Notes under the pieces: model-generated
The model's input: the letters and a program-made list of their open reading frames with translations, nothing else
Told to the model about the DNA's origin: nothing
Databases searched by the model: none
Part shown: positions 45,107 through 55,403 of the stretch, in pieces
How positions within the stretch are numbered: position 1 is the first letter of the stretch
Layout: the number at the start of each line of letters is the position of its first letter
Translations under genes and position numbers: made by a program
Source: Pirellula sp.
Lineage (GTDB): Bacteria; Planctomycetota; Planctomycetia; Pirellulales; PNKZ01
DNA length: 64,000 nucleotides
Assembly (NCBI GenBank): GCA_013822735.1
Contig: PNKZ01000013.1
Location: 80,076-144,075 of the forward strand
Direction of reading: 5' to 3'

Positions 45107-47101
45107 ATGAAAACGTCTTACTTCAGCATCGCGCTTGCCGCCGTGCTTTCCTGCGCGGTTGCTTGCGACTCGGCGCTTGCCCAACGGGGCGGCGGCGGTC
45201 GAGGAAATGGGGGCGGCGGCGGTAATCGCGGCGGGGGACAAGGCCAAGGGGGCGGCCAAGCCCAACGGTCTGGAGGGGGTCCGGGTGCCGGCGCTCAAAT
45301 CCATGTCGGCGGTCAAGCAGGTTCGGGCAATGCGAATCGCGGCAACGGAAATTCTGGGCAAGTAAATCCGGGCGCAGCAAATCCAGGTGCTGGGAAAACG
45401 CCCCGCGTAAATACGCCCGGCTCGCAAGGCCCTAGCGCGATCCAAGGTCAAGTTCAAGGCCAGGGTAATGCAGCGGTGAATGGAAATCGCGGCAACTTCA
45501 ATCCCGGCAGCACGAACCGCGGACCGCAGAATGTTCAAGTTCCCGGTGTTACGACGCCGAACGCCTCCGGCGGCGCCGCGGTCTCTGGTAACGCCAATAC
45601 CGACGCCGGCCCGCGTCACGTCGGACCTCAAGGCAATGATCCGCGCAACAACAACTTTCGGGACAACGATCCTCGCAACAACAACGTGCGAAACAACGAC
45701 CAGCGTTCCAACGGTCCCGGCAACGATTTCGATCGTCGCAATAACAACGGACCGAACTACAACGGACCGAACAACGGCGGCAACGCCGTCGCCCGACACT
45801 CGTTTTATCGCGGCGGCTGGAACCAGAACAAAAACCTCGCCGGCCGAAATCTCAACGGCGGTGCGGGCAACTTCAATCGTGCCTACAGCATGAACGGATA
45901 TGGACTTGGCGGCTATGGACTCGGTGGATATAGCGGCTACGGTGCCGGCTACGGCTCAGGCTACGGCAGCGGTTACGGACTTGGCGGCGGCGGCGGAGGC
46001 CTCGGCGGTCTCGGCTCGCTCTTGCAAGTCGGCATGGCGCTCGCCGGTTACGGCGGCGGCCTCGGTGGATCGGGCCTCGGTGGATACGGCGGCGGCTATG
46101 GCCTTGGTGGGCTCGGCGGTTATGGAGGCAATGGCCTCTACGGCGGCTATCCTCTCGGCTGGGGCCTCGGCGGCGGACTCGGCAACATGGCGTACGGCAG
46201 CGGCTATCTCCCGTATAGCAATCCGTACTATGCCACGAACATGACCGGCTACAATTATTCGCAACCTATCCAAGTTGCGGCAGTGGTAGCTCCGAACCCG
46301 ACCTCGCAACAGCTATTCGATACGGCGGTGGCTCAGTTCAAAGCGGGCGATTACACGACGGCCCTCACCTCCGTGGATAATGCGATCTCGCAAAATCCCT
46401 CGGATCCCGTCATGCATGAGTTCCGAGCTCTCGACTTGTTTGCTCTGAAGAATTACCAAGCCTCTGCGGCGACGATCCATTCCGTCTTGGCCGTCGGCCC
46501 GGGCTGGAATTGGGAGACGCTCAGCAGCTTGTATCCGGACGTCAACGTGTACGAGGCCCAGCTACGTTCGCTAGAGCAGGCCGCCACCGCTCAACAGAAC
46601 GCGGCTGATCTGCACTTCCTGCTGGCCTACCACTATATGTCGGAAGGTCACGCAGACGCCGCGTCGCAACAGTTGGCACATGTCGTTAAGCTTGCACCGA
46701 CGGATCGCTTAGCGGCGGACTTGTTGAAAATGAATAGCGTCAGCCAAACGGCGGACGCGACCCCTGCACCTCCTGTCGAGCCGACTGCTCAACAAGCGAC
46801 GCCGGAACCGAAGGCGATTGATCCGGGCGCTCTCGTGGGAACGTGGCATGCCACGCGCCCCGACGGTTCGAAGTTTGACCTCAATATCGATAACGACAAC
46901 AAGTTTACTTGGAAGGTCGATCAACAAGGCAAGCAACAGAACATGACCGGCACGTTCGACATCGCCAAGGATCTCTTGGCTCTCCAGAGTGACACGGCCG
47001 GCAGCATGGTCGGTCACGTCACGCAAACCGGCAGCAACCAGTTCACGTTTAAGCTGCTGGGCGCTCCAGCCGACGATCAGGGCTTGGCGTTCAGCAAATA
47101 G
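45107..47101 (+). CDS. Exported Gly/Asn/Tyr-rich low-complexity protein with TPR region and C-terminal beta domain
   Basis: Signal peptide (ALA-QRGG), G/N/Q-rich and GGYGLGG tracts, then a TPR-like region (FKAGDY..HEFRAL..HFLLAYHY) and an LVGTW beta-barrel-like tail. Confidence 0.8.
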   Translation: MKTSYFSIALAAVLSCAVACDSALAQRGGGGRGNGGGGGNRGGGQGQGGGQAQRSGGGPGAGAQIHVGGQAGSGNANRGNGNSGQVNPGAANPGAGKTPRVNTPGSQGPSAIQGQVQGQGNAAVNGNRGNFNPGSTNRGPQNVQVPGVTTPNASGGAAVSGNANTDAGPRHVGPQGNDPRNNNFRDNDPRNNNVRNNDQRSNGPGNDFDRRNNNGPNYNGPNNGGNAVARHSFYRGGWNQNKNLAGRNLNGGAGNFNRAYSMNGYGLGGYGLGGYSGYGAGYGSGYGSGYGLGGGGGGLGGLGSLLQVGMALAGYGGGLGGSGLGGYGGGYGLGGLGGYGGNGLYGGYPLGWGLGGGLGNMAYGSGYLPYSNPYYATNMTGYNYSQPIQVAAVVAPNPTSQQLFDTAVAQFKAGDYTTALTSVDNAISQNPSDPVMHEFRALDLFALKNYQASAATIHSVLAVGPGWNWETLSSLYPDVNVYEAQLRSLEQAATAQQNAADLHFLLAYHYMSEGHADAASQQLAHVVKLAPTDRLAADLLKMNSVSQTADATPAPPVEPTAQQATPEPKAIDPGALVGTWHATRPDGSKFDLNIDNDNKFTWKVDQQGKQQNMTGTFDIAKDLLALQSDTAGSMVGHVTQTGSNQFTFKLLGAPADDQGLAFSK

Positions 47102-47132
47102 CTAACGCGAGGCTCTTTACAACGACGAATCT

Positions 47133-47172
47133 GCAGCGGCTCGAAACTCCGATGTTTCGAGCCGCTGCTTTC
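47133..47172 (+). terminator. Intrinsic terminator between convergent genes
   Basis: GCAGCGGCTCGAAAC / GTTTCGAGCCGCTGC 15-bp stem followed by TTTCGTTT. Confidence 0.75.
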
Positions 47173-47209
47173 GTTTAGCGAGGATGAAACCGCGCCGCTA
47201 GAGTCGATC

Positions 47210-48991
47210 CTACGATGCCTGCTCCGCGTTCACCGTCTCCACGTTGGCAACCGGCGGCGGGCGACGACGCTTTCCGAGGCTCACGCCCACAGCGGCGACG
47301 AACAACGCCAATCCCGCGGCGATGGCATCGAGTCCCGCGACGTAAGTCTTGAGCCAAAGATAGCTGCGCAATCCATAACGCCCCGCGACTCCGAGCAACA
47401 TGGCGATCGACACCGTCGTCAACCACGGATCGCGCAGCCAATAACCCGACGACGCGGTAAAGAGGAAGACCGCCGGTAAGTACCAATTGTATGCCGTCGC
47501 CGGAAGTTGCATGAACAGCCCGCGCCAACCATGCACGGTGTGCTCGATGCCGGCAAAAAGAATCATCAGCGCGACGACGCCGGTCAGCAAACTGCGTCGG
47601 TCGCCGGTAGTGCGCGTTGCCAGCAACACCAACAGCACCACGACGAGGTGATAGCCGAAGAATAACGCCGGCGCCGCAGGGAACCGGCTCGACCACAACA
47701 CAACGAACAGTCCCCAGCAAAGTGCGCCGAGTAACCCCTTGGCAACTTCGCCTCGCATCAGCCCCCGGCCATACAACAACGCTCCGGCCACGAGCAACGG
47801 CCAAGGATTCGTGGGCACGCTGCGATCGGCCCACCAATTCGAATCCGGCCCGGCAAACGCTGCAGCAGCTAGTGCCGCGTTGAAGCACAAGTAGGCCCGC
47901 GGCACGCGTAAAAGCGCCGCCGTACCGTAATAGGCAACGGCACAACAAAGCACGGCCAGCGGCGGCAAGGTGCCGTACGCTGCGCGAAAGTGCCCGAGGA
48001 ACTCCCGAGCTGCAGGGTCGCCCGCTGGCCCGAGATCGACGGACGTAATGAGAACGGCGACGGCCGGCAAGGCCAACCCGACGCGCAACGCAAACGGGCC
48101 CGAAGCGTGGCGCCGACCGATCAAGAACAGCGCCCCGATCACCAACAACAAAGGCGAAAGAAAATAGAAACCAAAGATCGACTGCCCGACGTCGACGGCA
48201 TGAAACGCTTCACAAAGGTAGTAGGCACGGCCGGCGACACAGAGCACGATCGGCACGAAGATCGTTAGCGGATACCAAGGCCAACTCCATGGCGTCCCAC
48301 TTTGCGAAACATACGCCGGACCCTGCCAGACGGCTGGGGCAAGCATGAGCAATATTGCCGCAGCTGCTGTAGCGAATCCGAACAGCAGCCATTGCAATGG
48401 CAGATCACGCGGATCGATCGCGCGGGCCTGTACGAGGGGCGGATACAAGAAGAAGAACGTCATCAGCAGGTGATAGGGAACACGATATCCGACCGGCAGC
48501 CGGACGCGCAAACCTCGTAACAACGCCTCGCCGACGACGACGGCGAACAACGCCCCGCCGATCGACCAAAGCCTGCCCACGTCGGGCCGCGACTGCAACA
48601 TCGCGTCGAGGCCCACGCTGACCATCGGCAACAGCAACACGGCCAATAGCCCGAGCATTCGCAAGTCTTCCCAGAGCACGCCGAGCCGGCGAAGTATCCA
48701 CGCAGTGCCTCCGAGCAAAAGCACGTATGTAGCGAGACTTAAGGCGAGCAGCGGCACGCCCCCGCTCGTTTTGTCGACGGGAAACGAAACGAACAATCCG
48801 TACACGACCAGGGATGCGCTCAGGACATAAAACGGATTGTGCGTGCAGAGTCGCAGTGGTGGATGACGCACCGGGGGCGACGCGCGCAACGGCGGCGGTT
48901 GCTGCATCACCTGTTCCGTCGACATCGGCGGCGGCGAAGGCGGCGTCTCCGAATTTTCCGAGGCGTGAGTCTGGGGATCGTCCGACATCAT
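47210..48991 (-). CDS. Polytopic membrane protein of unknown function
   Basis: Many hydrophobic segments after a Pro-rich N-terminus (HNPFYVLSA...). Start uncertain; the ORF is open from 49048. Confidence 0.7.
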   Translation of the reverse strand: MMSDDPQTHASENSETPPSPPPMSTEQVMQQPPPLRASPPVRHPPLRLCTHNPFYVLSASLVVYGLFVSFPVDKTSGGVPLLALSLATYVLLLGGTAWILRRLGVLWEDLRMLGLLAVLLLPMVSVGLDAMLQSRPDVGRLWSIGGALFAVVVGEALLRGLRVRLPVGYRVPYHLLMTFFFLYPPLVQARAIDPRDLPLQWLLFGFATAAAAILLMLAPAVWQGPAYVSQSGTPWSWPWYPLTIFVPIVLCVAGRAYYLCEAFHAVDVGQSIFGFYFLSPLLLVIGALFLIGRRHASGPFALRVGLALPAVAVLITSVDLGPAGDPAAREFLGHFRAAYGTLPPLAVLCCAVAYYGTAALLRVPRAYLCFNAALAAAAFAGPDSNWWADRSVPTNPWPLLVAGALLYGRGLMRGEVAKGLLGALCWGLFVVLWSSRFPAAPALFFGYHLVVVLLVLLATRTTGDRRSLLTGVVALMILFAGIEHTVHGWRGLFMQLPATAYNWYLPAVFLFTASSGYWLRDPWLTTVSIAMLLGVAGRYGLRSYLWLKTYVAGLDAIAAGLALFVAAVGVSLGKRRRPPPVANVETVNAEQAS

Positions 48992-49205
48992 GCGCGGGTC
49001 TCCCTCGCGAAAAGGCTGCGCGTCGAACGTCGCGGCGTGAGTCGGCAAGCTCGGGCTTTGCTCGTCTCACTCTGCGACTTTTCGGCAGCGCGGCAGATTG
49101 CCCCCGCACTGCGTCATGCATGTCGTGCGCCGTACGCGCGATTTGCTAAAATAGGCTTCTGGACTGCCCTCAATCGACGATTGCTCTCATTCTGCGACGA
49201 CGCGC

Positions 49206-49682
49206 ATGCCGATTTGCTTTACCTGCAACGCTCTGCTTTCGAGCCCTCCACGTCGGATCGCCGAACAGATTCTGAACCTCGACAACTGGACGAACTTCCG
49301 CGGCTACGGACCGTTGCCGGGAATTCTCTCGGCCGAGTTCGAACGACGAACGCCGGATGTGATCGGTACCCGCATTCAAGTCGTCAACACCGACGGCTCT
49401 CGACACGTGGAAGAGATCACGCGTTGGGAGCCGGAGCAGGGGGTGACGCTCAAGATGCACGAGTTCACGCCGCCGCTGGCCCGACTGGCGACGCACATCG
49501 ACGAAGTGTGGCGATTCACGCCCACCGCCGACGGCACGCGCGTCGAACGTGCGTTCACGCTACATCCTCGCTCGCTGCCGGCGGGACTCTTGCTCCGATT
49601 GATCGCCCCGCTCCTGCGCCGCGCCATCGATCGGCATTTGGCTCAGATGCGGGCCGAAGAACAAGCGGCTCCTCGCGGCTAG
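49206..49682 (+). CDS. SRPBCC (polyketide cyclase/START-like) protein
   Basis: 158 aa with the helix-grip pattern: ILNLDNW, HVEEITRWEP, GTRVERAF and a long C-terminal helix. Confidence 0.75.
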   Translation: MPICFTCNALLSSPPRRIAEQILNLDNWTNFRGYGPLPGILSAEFERRTPDVIGTRIQVVNTDGSRHVEEITRWEPEQGVTLKMHEFTPPLARLATHIDEVWRFTPTADGTRVERAFTLHPRSLPAGLLLRLIAPLLRRAIDRHLAQMRAEEQAAPRG

Positions 49683-52600
49683 CGATCTAGCCGACCGGCC
49701 AGAGACTGAAGATAGGCGTACAGGTCGGCGAGATCGTCCGAGGAAAAATCCGTCAGCATCCCCAGCGGCATGATCGACTGCGTCGTCGTGCGGCGCGCCG
49801 CGATTTCGTCGCCTCGAATCCGCACGACCGTATCCGCGCCGGTTTGCAGCAACAGTAGATCGCCGGCTTCAGCGATCGGAATGCCGCTGAATTGGCGGCC
49901 GTCTGCGAGGTCGACGGTCGTCGGCCGGTAGCGCGGCGGCACGAATCGGCTGGGTTCGAACACGGTCGCCATCAGTTCCGAGCGCGCGTAGCGACTGGCC
50001 GCATCGTCGAGGTTCGGACCCAGCACGCTATCGCCCATGTGGCAGCGGACGCAAAGCTTCTTGTCGAACAGTTCCCGGCCGCGCACCGGGTTGCCGTGCT
50101 CCCAATCAACCACGAGCAATTGCTTCCGCCACTTGGCCGGTGCGACCCCGTGCGGCGCTGCGGCTCCGGCCGAGGCCTGATAGTGCTTCAGCGTAAACCA
50201 CAGGAAAACCGGTTGGTAGGCGTCGCGTATCGCCGCGGCGTCGGCAACAACTCGGTCTGCGGCAGGTTCGACGATCTCGAAATCGGCGTCTCCCCAAAGG
50301 CCGATCAACGTCGTAAGTTCATTCCGTGCGCGACCGGCGCTTGGCACGGTGCACATTTGCCGTAGCCCGCGCACCGCGGCGGCCATCTCCGCCTCATCGC
50401 CCCACTCGGGCGCAGGACGCCGCAGCACGACGGCGGCTCTGGCGACGACCTCCGGATCGGCGCTGGTGAGCCGATCGACGAACTTTGGGCGGTCGTCCGG
50501 CACCGAAGCTTGGAGCAGGGCAGGGAACAGGAAATCGCGCAAGCCCGGCTCGCGCCAGAGCTCGCGTAACTTCGCGAGGGCTTCCGGCCGCGACGTCTGC
50601 GCGAACACGTCGATCAATGTTTTTGTCCACGTCACCTCTTCTTCGGGCAGCTTGAGCACCGCGTCGACCAACCGCTGCGCTGCGGCAACGCGGGCTTCGG
50701 CGGGCAGCAGTTCAACGTACCGCGCATGCTCCGGCCGCCCAAACTCCGGCGAAACGGCCAGCAACTCCACCAACTGCGCGTCACGCTCGACGGAGGCGAC
50801 GAACAACTCCGTTAACCGCGGCGACCAATTGACGCCGGGGCGCATCTGCTCAACCCTCAGCTTGGCATCCAGCCGTAGCAGTGCGGCGGCGGTTCGCGCG
50901 GCAAGGTCCGGCGAACGCAACTGAATAATTGTCGACGCTGCGGTCAGGTAGTGCACGTCGTCGGCTGCGCGACTCTTCGACGTACACATCGTCACCAAGC
51001 GATCGACGAACGTCGGATCGACGTCGCGGAATACGAGTAACGTCCGCGTTAGTTCACGGTCGACCTCCCGATGGCCTGAAGGGAAAGACGCCGTGAGCAG
51101 TTTGCACAGCTCCGTTTGATGCACGGTCGGCGCGCTTTCGGCAAGTCTCCGATAGCCCGCATGTACTTCCGGTTGTGCACTCTTGTGGGCAAAGTTGCCG
51201 TAGAACCGTTGAATGCGCCGCAATTGCCGCAGCCGCTCGGCCGGTTCGGCATCGGGCGAATACTGCATGCCGAGCTCTTGCGATTCGCCGGCCCAAAACT
51301 GGTCGTACGCCGCCCGCTGCTCCTTAATCGCACGCTCTCCGTTTGGGCCGCTAGGCGGCGCAGGAGGAAGCGACGCCCGAAAGTCGACTAAGAAATTCCG
51401 CACGCGTTCGTCGAGTGCCGGCTCCGCCGTACAAAGCCAATTAGGAAATTCGGGATTGATGCGAGCGAAGCTAAATCCACTTCGCGGAAGTCCCTCCCAA
51501 GCCGCGAGCCGTACGCGCGGGTCGGGATCGAACGTTAGTTCGCAAAGCACGTCGGGCCAGGAAATACCGACGCGCTGCCGCGCGACCAGCCAGGCAATGC
51601 GCGCCGAAAGCTCCGGACGCCCCAACTTGACGGCTTCGCGTGCTTCCTCGAGCGCGAGCGGCTCAAAAAGCTCGAGCAACACTTCCACGGCCCGCACCTG
51701 CTCGGCAACAGTTCGTCGCGGATCGGCGATCGCGGCGATGAAAGGCTCCTTGCCGATTTGTTTGGCAATCGGAATCCAACCGGCCCGTGACCATGCGGCG
51801 AGGGGCTGGTGCGCCAGGAGCACCGCTTCCAAGCGGGAGTAGTCCTTTTCCACCTCGCGTGCCGCTTGATCTCGGGCTTGGTCCTCCGCGTTGCCTACGT
51901 ACCGCACGCGCCAAACCGTGCCGCGCGTCCCTCGTCCGCCGCAGGCCACGAAAAGTGAACCATCCGGGCCGACGGCCAGATCAACCGGGGTGAGACCCGT
52001 ATCGCCGGTGATTTCCAAGAACGTTTCCGGCTGGGCCGTATACGACGAGCCTTGCGGAACCAGCGGCAAAAATTGCACGCGCCCGAACATCCAACACGCG
52101 CTAAACGCGCCATCGCGGTAGCGCTCGGGAAATTGCCGATGTCGATAAAACGTCAGGCCGGTCGGAGCCGCGCGCCCGAGTTCGCAGACCGGTCGCACGC
52201 TATCGTAAAAATAGCCGGGGCGATTCCAACCTTGCTCGCGTCCGGCATTGAGCCAACCATGATCGCGGCCCCATGCGACGTCGAACAATCGCGCCGGCGT
52301 GTACCACGGCAAACCGACATCGCGTTCGTTATCCGCATCCGCCGTGAAGAGCCGACCGGCGGCGTTGAAGTCGAGGTCGTGCGGATTGCAAAAGCCGGTC
52401 GCGGCGATTTCCAACATCGGCACGGTAAGGCCGAAGCCGTCTTTCGACTTGAACGACGCGCGATAGACCAGCCCGCATTGCTCCGTCGTGCGGGAAATTC
52501 CTTGCGTCACTCCGGCAACCGTTTTCGCCGCCGGATCGTTGCCGTAAAGAATATACAAGTCGCCGTCGGGCCCTTGGCAGATGCCGTGCAAACCATGTTC

Positions 52601-53059
52601 ACCGCCGCCGAATGCCAACACGCTCTTCAGCGGCCCATCTACTCGATCATCATTGTTGAGTCGGCAGATGCGGATACCGTCGTCGTCACTGCAATAAAGG
52701 ACCGCCCCGCGATCTTCCGGCACGAAGACCATGCCGCGCGCTCCGGTCGCGTGTCCGTCAACAAATTGCCGTGCCCAATCGGCACGGCCGTCGTTGTCGT
52801 CGTCGTGCAAGATGCGAATGTAGCCGGGCCCCGCGACCACCACGCGGCCCCGGTGATCCACGGTCATCGCCGTGATGTTCGTGGCGAGATCGTCGTCGGC
52901 ATAGAGTTCGACGACGAAGCCCTCCGGGACACGAACCGGCAACGACTGCGGCACGGCTGCTTGCAAGCGTGCGATGGCCGAAACGGCGAACAAGATCGCC
53001 GAGCACCAGCAAGCTCGCCATCCACCGCGCCTGTTCATCGCCGCCCTCTCTTGAACCAC
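49679..53059 (-). CDS. PVC-type heme-binding protein (sorbosone-dehydrogenase-like propeller, HEAT repeats, C-terminal cytochrome c)
   Basis: RVPEGFVVELYA, GPDG propeller motifs, GRELF..CVRCH..GPNL and SIMPLG. Confidence 0.88.
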   Translation of the reverse strand: MVQERAAMNRRGGWRACWCSAILFAVSAIARLQAAVPQSLPVRVPEGFVVELYADDDLATNITAMTVDHRGRVVVAGPGYIRILHDDDNDGRADWARQFVDGHATGARGMVFVPEDRGAVLYCSDDDGIRICRLNNDDRVDGPLKSVLAFGGGEHGLHGICQGPDGDLYILYGNDPAAKTVAGVTQGISRTTEQCGLVYRASFKSKDGFGLTVPMLEIAATGFCNPHDLDFNAAGRLFTADADNERDVGLPWYTPARLFDVAWGRDHGWLNAGREQGWNRPGYFYDSVRPVCELGRAAPTGLTFYRHRQFPERYRDGAFSACWMFGRVQFLPLVPQGSSYTAQPETFLEITGDTGLTPVDLAVGPDGSLFVACGGRGTRGTVWRVRYVGNAEDQARDQAAREVEKDYSRLEAVLLAHQPLAAWSRAGWIPIAKQIGKEPFIAAIADPRRTVAEQVRAVEVLLELFEPLALEEAREAVKLGRPELSARIAWLVARQRVGISWPDVLCELTFDPDPRVRLAAWEGLPRSGFSFARINPEFPNWLCTAEPALDERVRNFLVDFRASLPPAPPSGPNGERAIKEQRAAYDQFWAGESQELGMQYSPDAEPAERLRQLRRIQRFYGNFAHKSAQPEVHAGYRRLAESAPTVHQTELCKLLTASFPSGHREVDRELTRTLLVFRDVDPTFVDRLVTMCTSKSRAADDVHYLTAASTIIQLRSPDLAARTAAALLRLDAKLRVEQMRPGVNWSPRLTELFVASVERDAQLVELLAVSPEFGRPEHARYVELLPAEARVAAAQRLVDAVLKLPEEEVTWTKTLIDVFAQTSRPEALAKLRELWREPGLRDFLFPALLQASVPDDRPKFVDRLTSADPEVVARAAVVLRRPAPEWGDEAEMAAAVRGLRQMCTVPSAGRARNELTTLIGLWGDADFEIVEPAADRVVADAAAIRDAYQPVFLWFTLKHYQASAGAAAPHGVAPAKWRKQLLVVDWEHGNPVRGRELFDKKLCVRCHMGDSVLGPNLDDAASRYARSELMATVFEPSRFVPPRYRPTTVDLADGRQFSGIPIAEAGDLLLLQTGADTVVRIRGDEIAARRTTTQSIMPLGMLTDFSSDDLADLYAYLQSLAGRLDR

Positions 53060-53178
53060 GGCTCGTTGAAGCGGTTAGCCTACCTCAATGCGATGCACGG
53101 CGAAAACTTTTTTCGGCGGGAGCAAGCCGAGCGGCAAAAAACATTGCCGACATCCGGCATTCGTTTACCATCTACCGC

Positions 53179-54504
53179 ATGCATATCCCCACGCAGCGCG
53201 TGCTATTCGTGAATCGTGGCATCCAACTATTCCGCGGCATATTCCTCGGCGCTCTCGCCACACTCGCAGCTTGCGTCGCGACGGCATCCGCCGAAACACC
53301 GCCGGCCGTCGAAGTTCGGCAACTCACCCACGGCCCCAAGCATCACTTCTTCGGCTACATCGGGCACGTGCGCACCATTCCTTGGAACCGGAGCGGGCGC
53401 TACATCGTCGCGCTGGAGACCGATTTCCAAGATCACATGCCGCGACCCGACGAAGCAGCCGGCATCGTGCTCATCGACACGCAAGACCAGGACAAGCTTC
53501 GCGTCGTCGATCACACGCGCGCCTGGAACTTCCAGCAGGGGACCATGCTTTATTGGAACCCGCAGAATCCGGAGACGCAGTTCTTCTTCAACGATCGCGA
53601 CCTGACGACGAACCGCATCTACACGGTGTTGTTCGACATCACCGCAGGGGCAGGTAGCCATGCGGTCGGCAAGCGCATCACCGAGTATCGCTACGACGAC
53701 GCCTCGCTCGGCAATAGCGGTGTGGCCCAACAAGGTGGTTCGTTCCTGGCTCTCAACTACGGCCGGCTCGCAAGGCTCCGCCCAGTAACCGGCTATCCCG
53801 GTGCGCTCGACCCGACGCTCGACGACACTTCGGGCCGCCCGAGCGACGACGGCGTGTTCCTCATCGACATTGCGACGAAGCGGAAATCACTGCTCGTCTC
53901 GTTCGCGCAGCTTTACGAGCAACTGAAAACCGTGCGACCTGATGCCGAAGGGAAGCCGCTCTTCATCAACCACACGCTCTGGAGCCGCAACGATCGCCGG
54001 ATCTTCTTCTACGTGCGGGCCGACTTCGAGAAGCCGGAAGGAGAACGCATCAACGTGCCGTTCGTCATCCGACCCGACGGCACCGGCCTCACGATGCTCG
54101 ACCATCACCTCGGCGGCCATCCCGAGTGGCTCGACGACGTGCGCATGATCGGCAGTCGTGACGACCGGCAAGTGATCTTCGACGTCGAACAGCGAAAGTT
54201 TGTCGAAACGCTCGGAACGCCGGCAGTGTTTCCCGAGCCGGGAGGCGATAAGGCCCTTTCGCCGCAGGGGGACTGGCTCGTCAACGGCTACCGTCTCAAG
54301 GGCTCGAACTTTTACACGCTGTATCGATTTCGCGACGGCGCCAACGTGCGCTCCCCCGGCTTCGATCAGTTCGGCTGGACCCAAGGAGAACTACGCGTGG
54401 ATGGAGCGCCGTGCTGGAATCGCGACGGCACGCAAATCCTCTTTCCGTCGCTCACGCCCGACGGAAAAACGCGGCAGCTCTTCGTGCTGACGAGGAGACC
54501 ATAA
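53179..54504 (+). CDS. Exported TolB/WD40-like beta-propeller protein
   Basis: Signal peptide (ASA-ETP), HHFFGY..PWN, AWNFQQG, PCWNRDGTQILF. Start 53179 or GTG 53209. Confidence 0.7.
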   Translation: MHIPTQRVLFVNRGIQLFRGIFLGALATLAACVATASAETPPAVEVRQLTHGPKHHFFGYIGHVRTIPWNRSGRYIVALETDFQDHMPRPDEAAGIVLIDTQDQDKLRVVDHTRAWNFQQGTMLYWNPQNPETQFFFNDRDLTTNRIYTVLFDITAGAGSHAVGKRITEYRYDDASLGNSGVAQQGGSFLALNYGRLARLRPVTGYPGALDPTLDDTSGRPSDDGVFLIDIATKRKSLLVSFAQLYEQLKTVRPDAEGKPLFINHTLWSRNDRRIFFYVRADFEKPEGERINVPFVIRPDGTGLTMLDHHLGGHPEWLDDVRMIGSRDDRQVIFDVEQRKFVETLGTPAVFPEPGGDKALSPQGDWLVNGYRLKGSNFYTLYRFRDGANVRSPGFDQFGWTQGELRVDGAPCWNRDGTQILFPSLTPDGKTRQLFVLTRRP

Positions 54505-54506
54505 CG

Positions 54507-55208
54507 CTAGCTGCCGAGAAAGCGTACGCGGCCGGTCGTAAGTTCATACACCGCGCCGATAATCGCGATGCGTCCGGCGTCGATGGCCCGTTTCGCTTCG
54601 GGAAGTCCGGCGAGTTGCAGCATCGACCAACGAACATTGGCCTCGACCGCAACATTGACGCGCTCGTCGGCCGCGACACTCGCAAGGTCTTTCGGCAACC
54701 CCGGCTTGATCAGCTTCACCAGATCTTGAATCCCGGGTAGTTCTTTCTTTTCGGCGGCTATGGACGCCAGCGCCGCCGTAACGGCTCCGCAGCTTTGATG
54801 CCCCAGCACCACGATCACCGGCGTCGACAAATGGGCTGCGGCGTACTCCAAACTCCCGACGACGTCCGGCGCAATTACATTTCCGGCCACGCGTACCACG
54901 AACAAATCGCCGAAGCCTTGATCGAAGACAAGCTCGACGGGCACGCGCGAGTCGGCGCAGCCGAGAATCGTCGCGAACGGCTGCTGTCCGGCGACGAGAT
55001 GCTTGCGCCAATCCGCGCTTTCGTGCGCGTGATGCGTTTTTCCCGCGGCGAAGCGAGCATTGCCCCGTTTCAGCCGGTCGATGGCCTCGGGAATCGTTTC
55101 CGGAAACGGCTCTGACGTAGCAGTCGGTTCGGCGGCAATTACCGGCGATACGGCGGCCGCCGCCGCACACGCGAACAAACCGCGTCGCGTCCATTGGGGA
55201 GAATTCAT
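54507..55208 (-). CDS. Beta-class carbonic anhydrase with Tat-like signal
   Basis: CADSRVP, RVAGN and GHQSCGAV zinc motifs; TRRGLF twin-arginine N-terminus. Confidence 0.93.
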   Translation of the reverse strand: MNSPQWTRRGLFACAAAAAVSPVIAAEPTATSEPFPETIPEAIDRLKRGNARFAAGKTHHAHESADWRKHLVAGQQPFATILGCADSRVPVELVFDQGFGDLFVVRVAGNVIAPDVVGSLEYAAAHLSTPVIVVLGHQSCGAVTAALASIAAEKKELPGIQDLVKLIKPGLPKDLASVAADERVNVAVEANVRWSMLQLAGLPEAKRAIDAGRIAIIGAVYELTTGRVRFLGS

Positions 55209-55403
55209 TGCCGCCGACTCCGTGAAAACTTGGTGGCCTTGCGGCGAATTGCCGCGCGCTGTTTGCTAGCGTACCCCAGCCCCGCCGACATGCCTACCTG
55301 AGCTGTCTACGTCCGTCCCGTTCGCATCGCCGGGACTCGACCAAGCGGGCCGGCTTTGGCATGCTACACGCATCGCACCGCCCCTAACTCGCGCCCACGA
55401 CCG

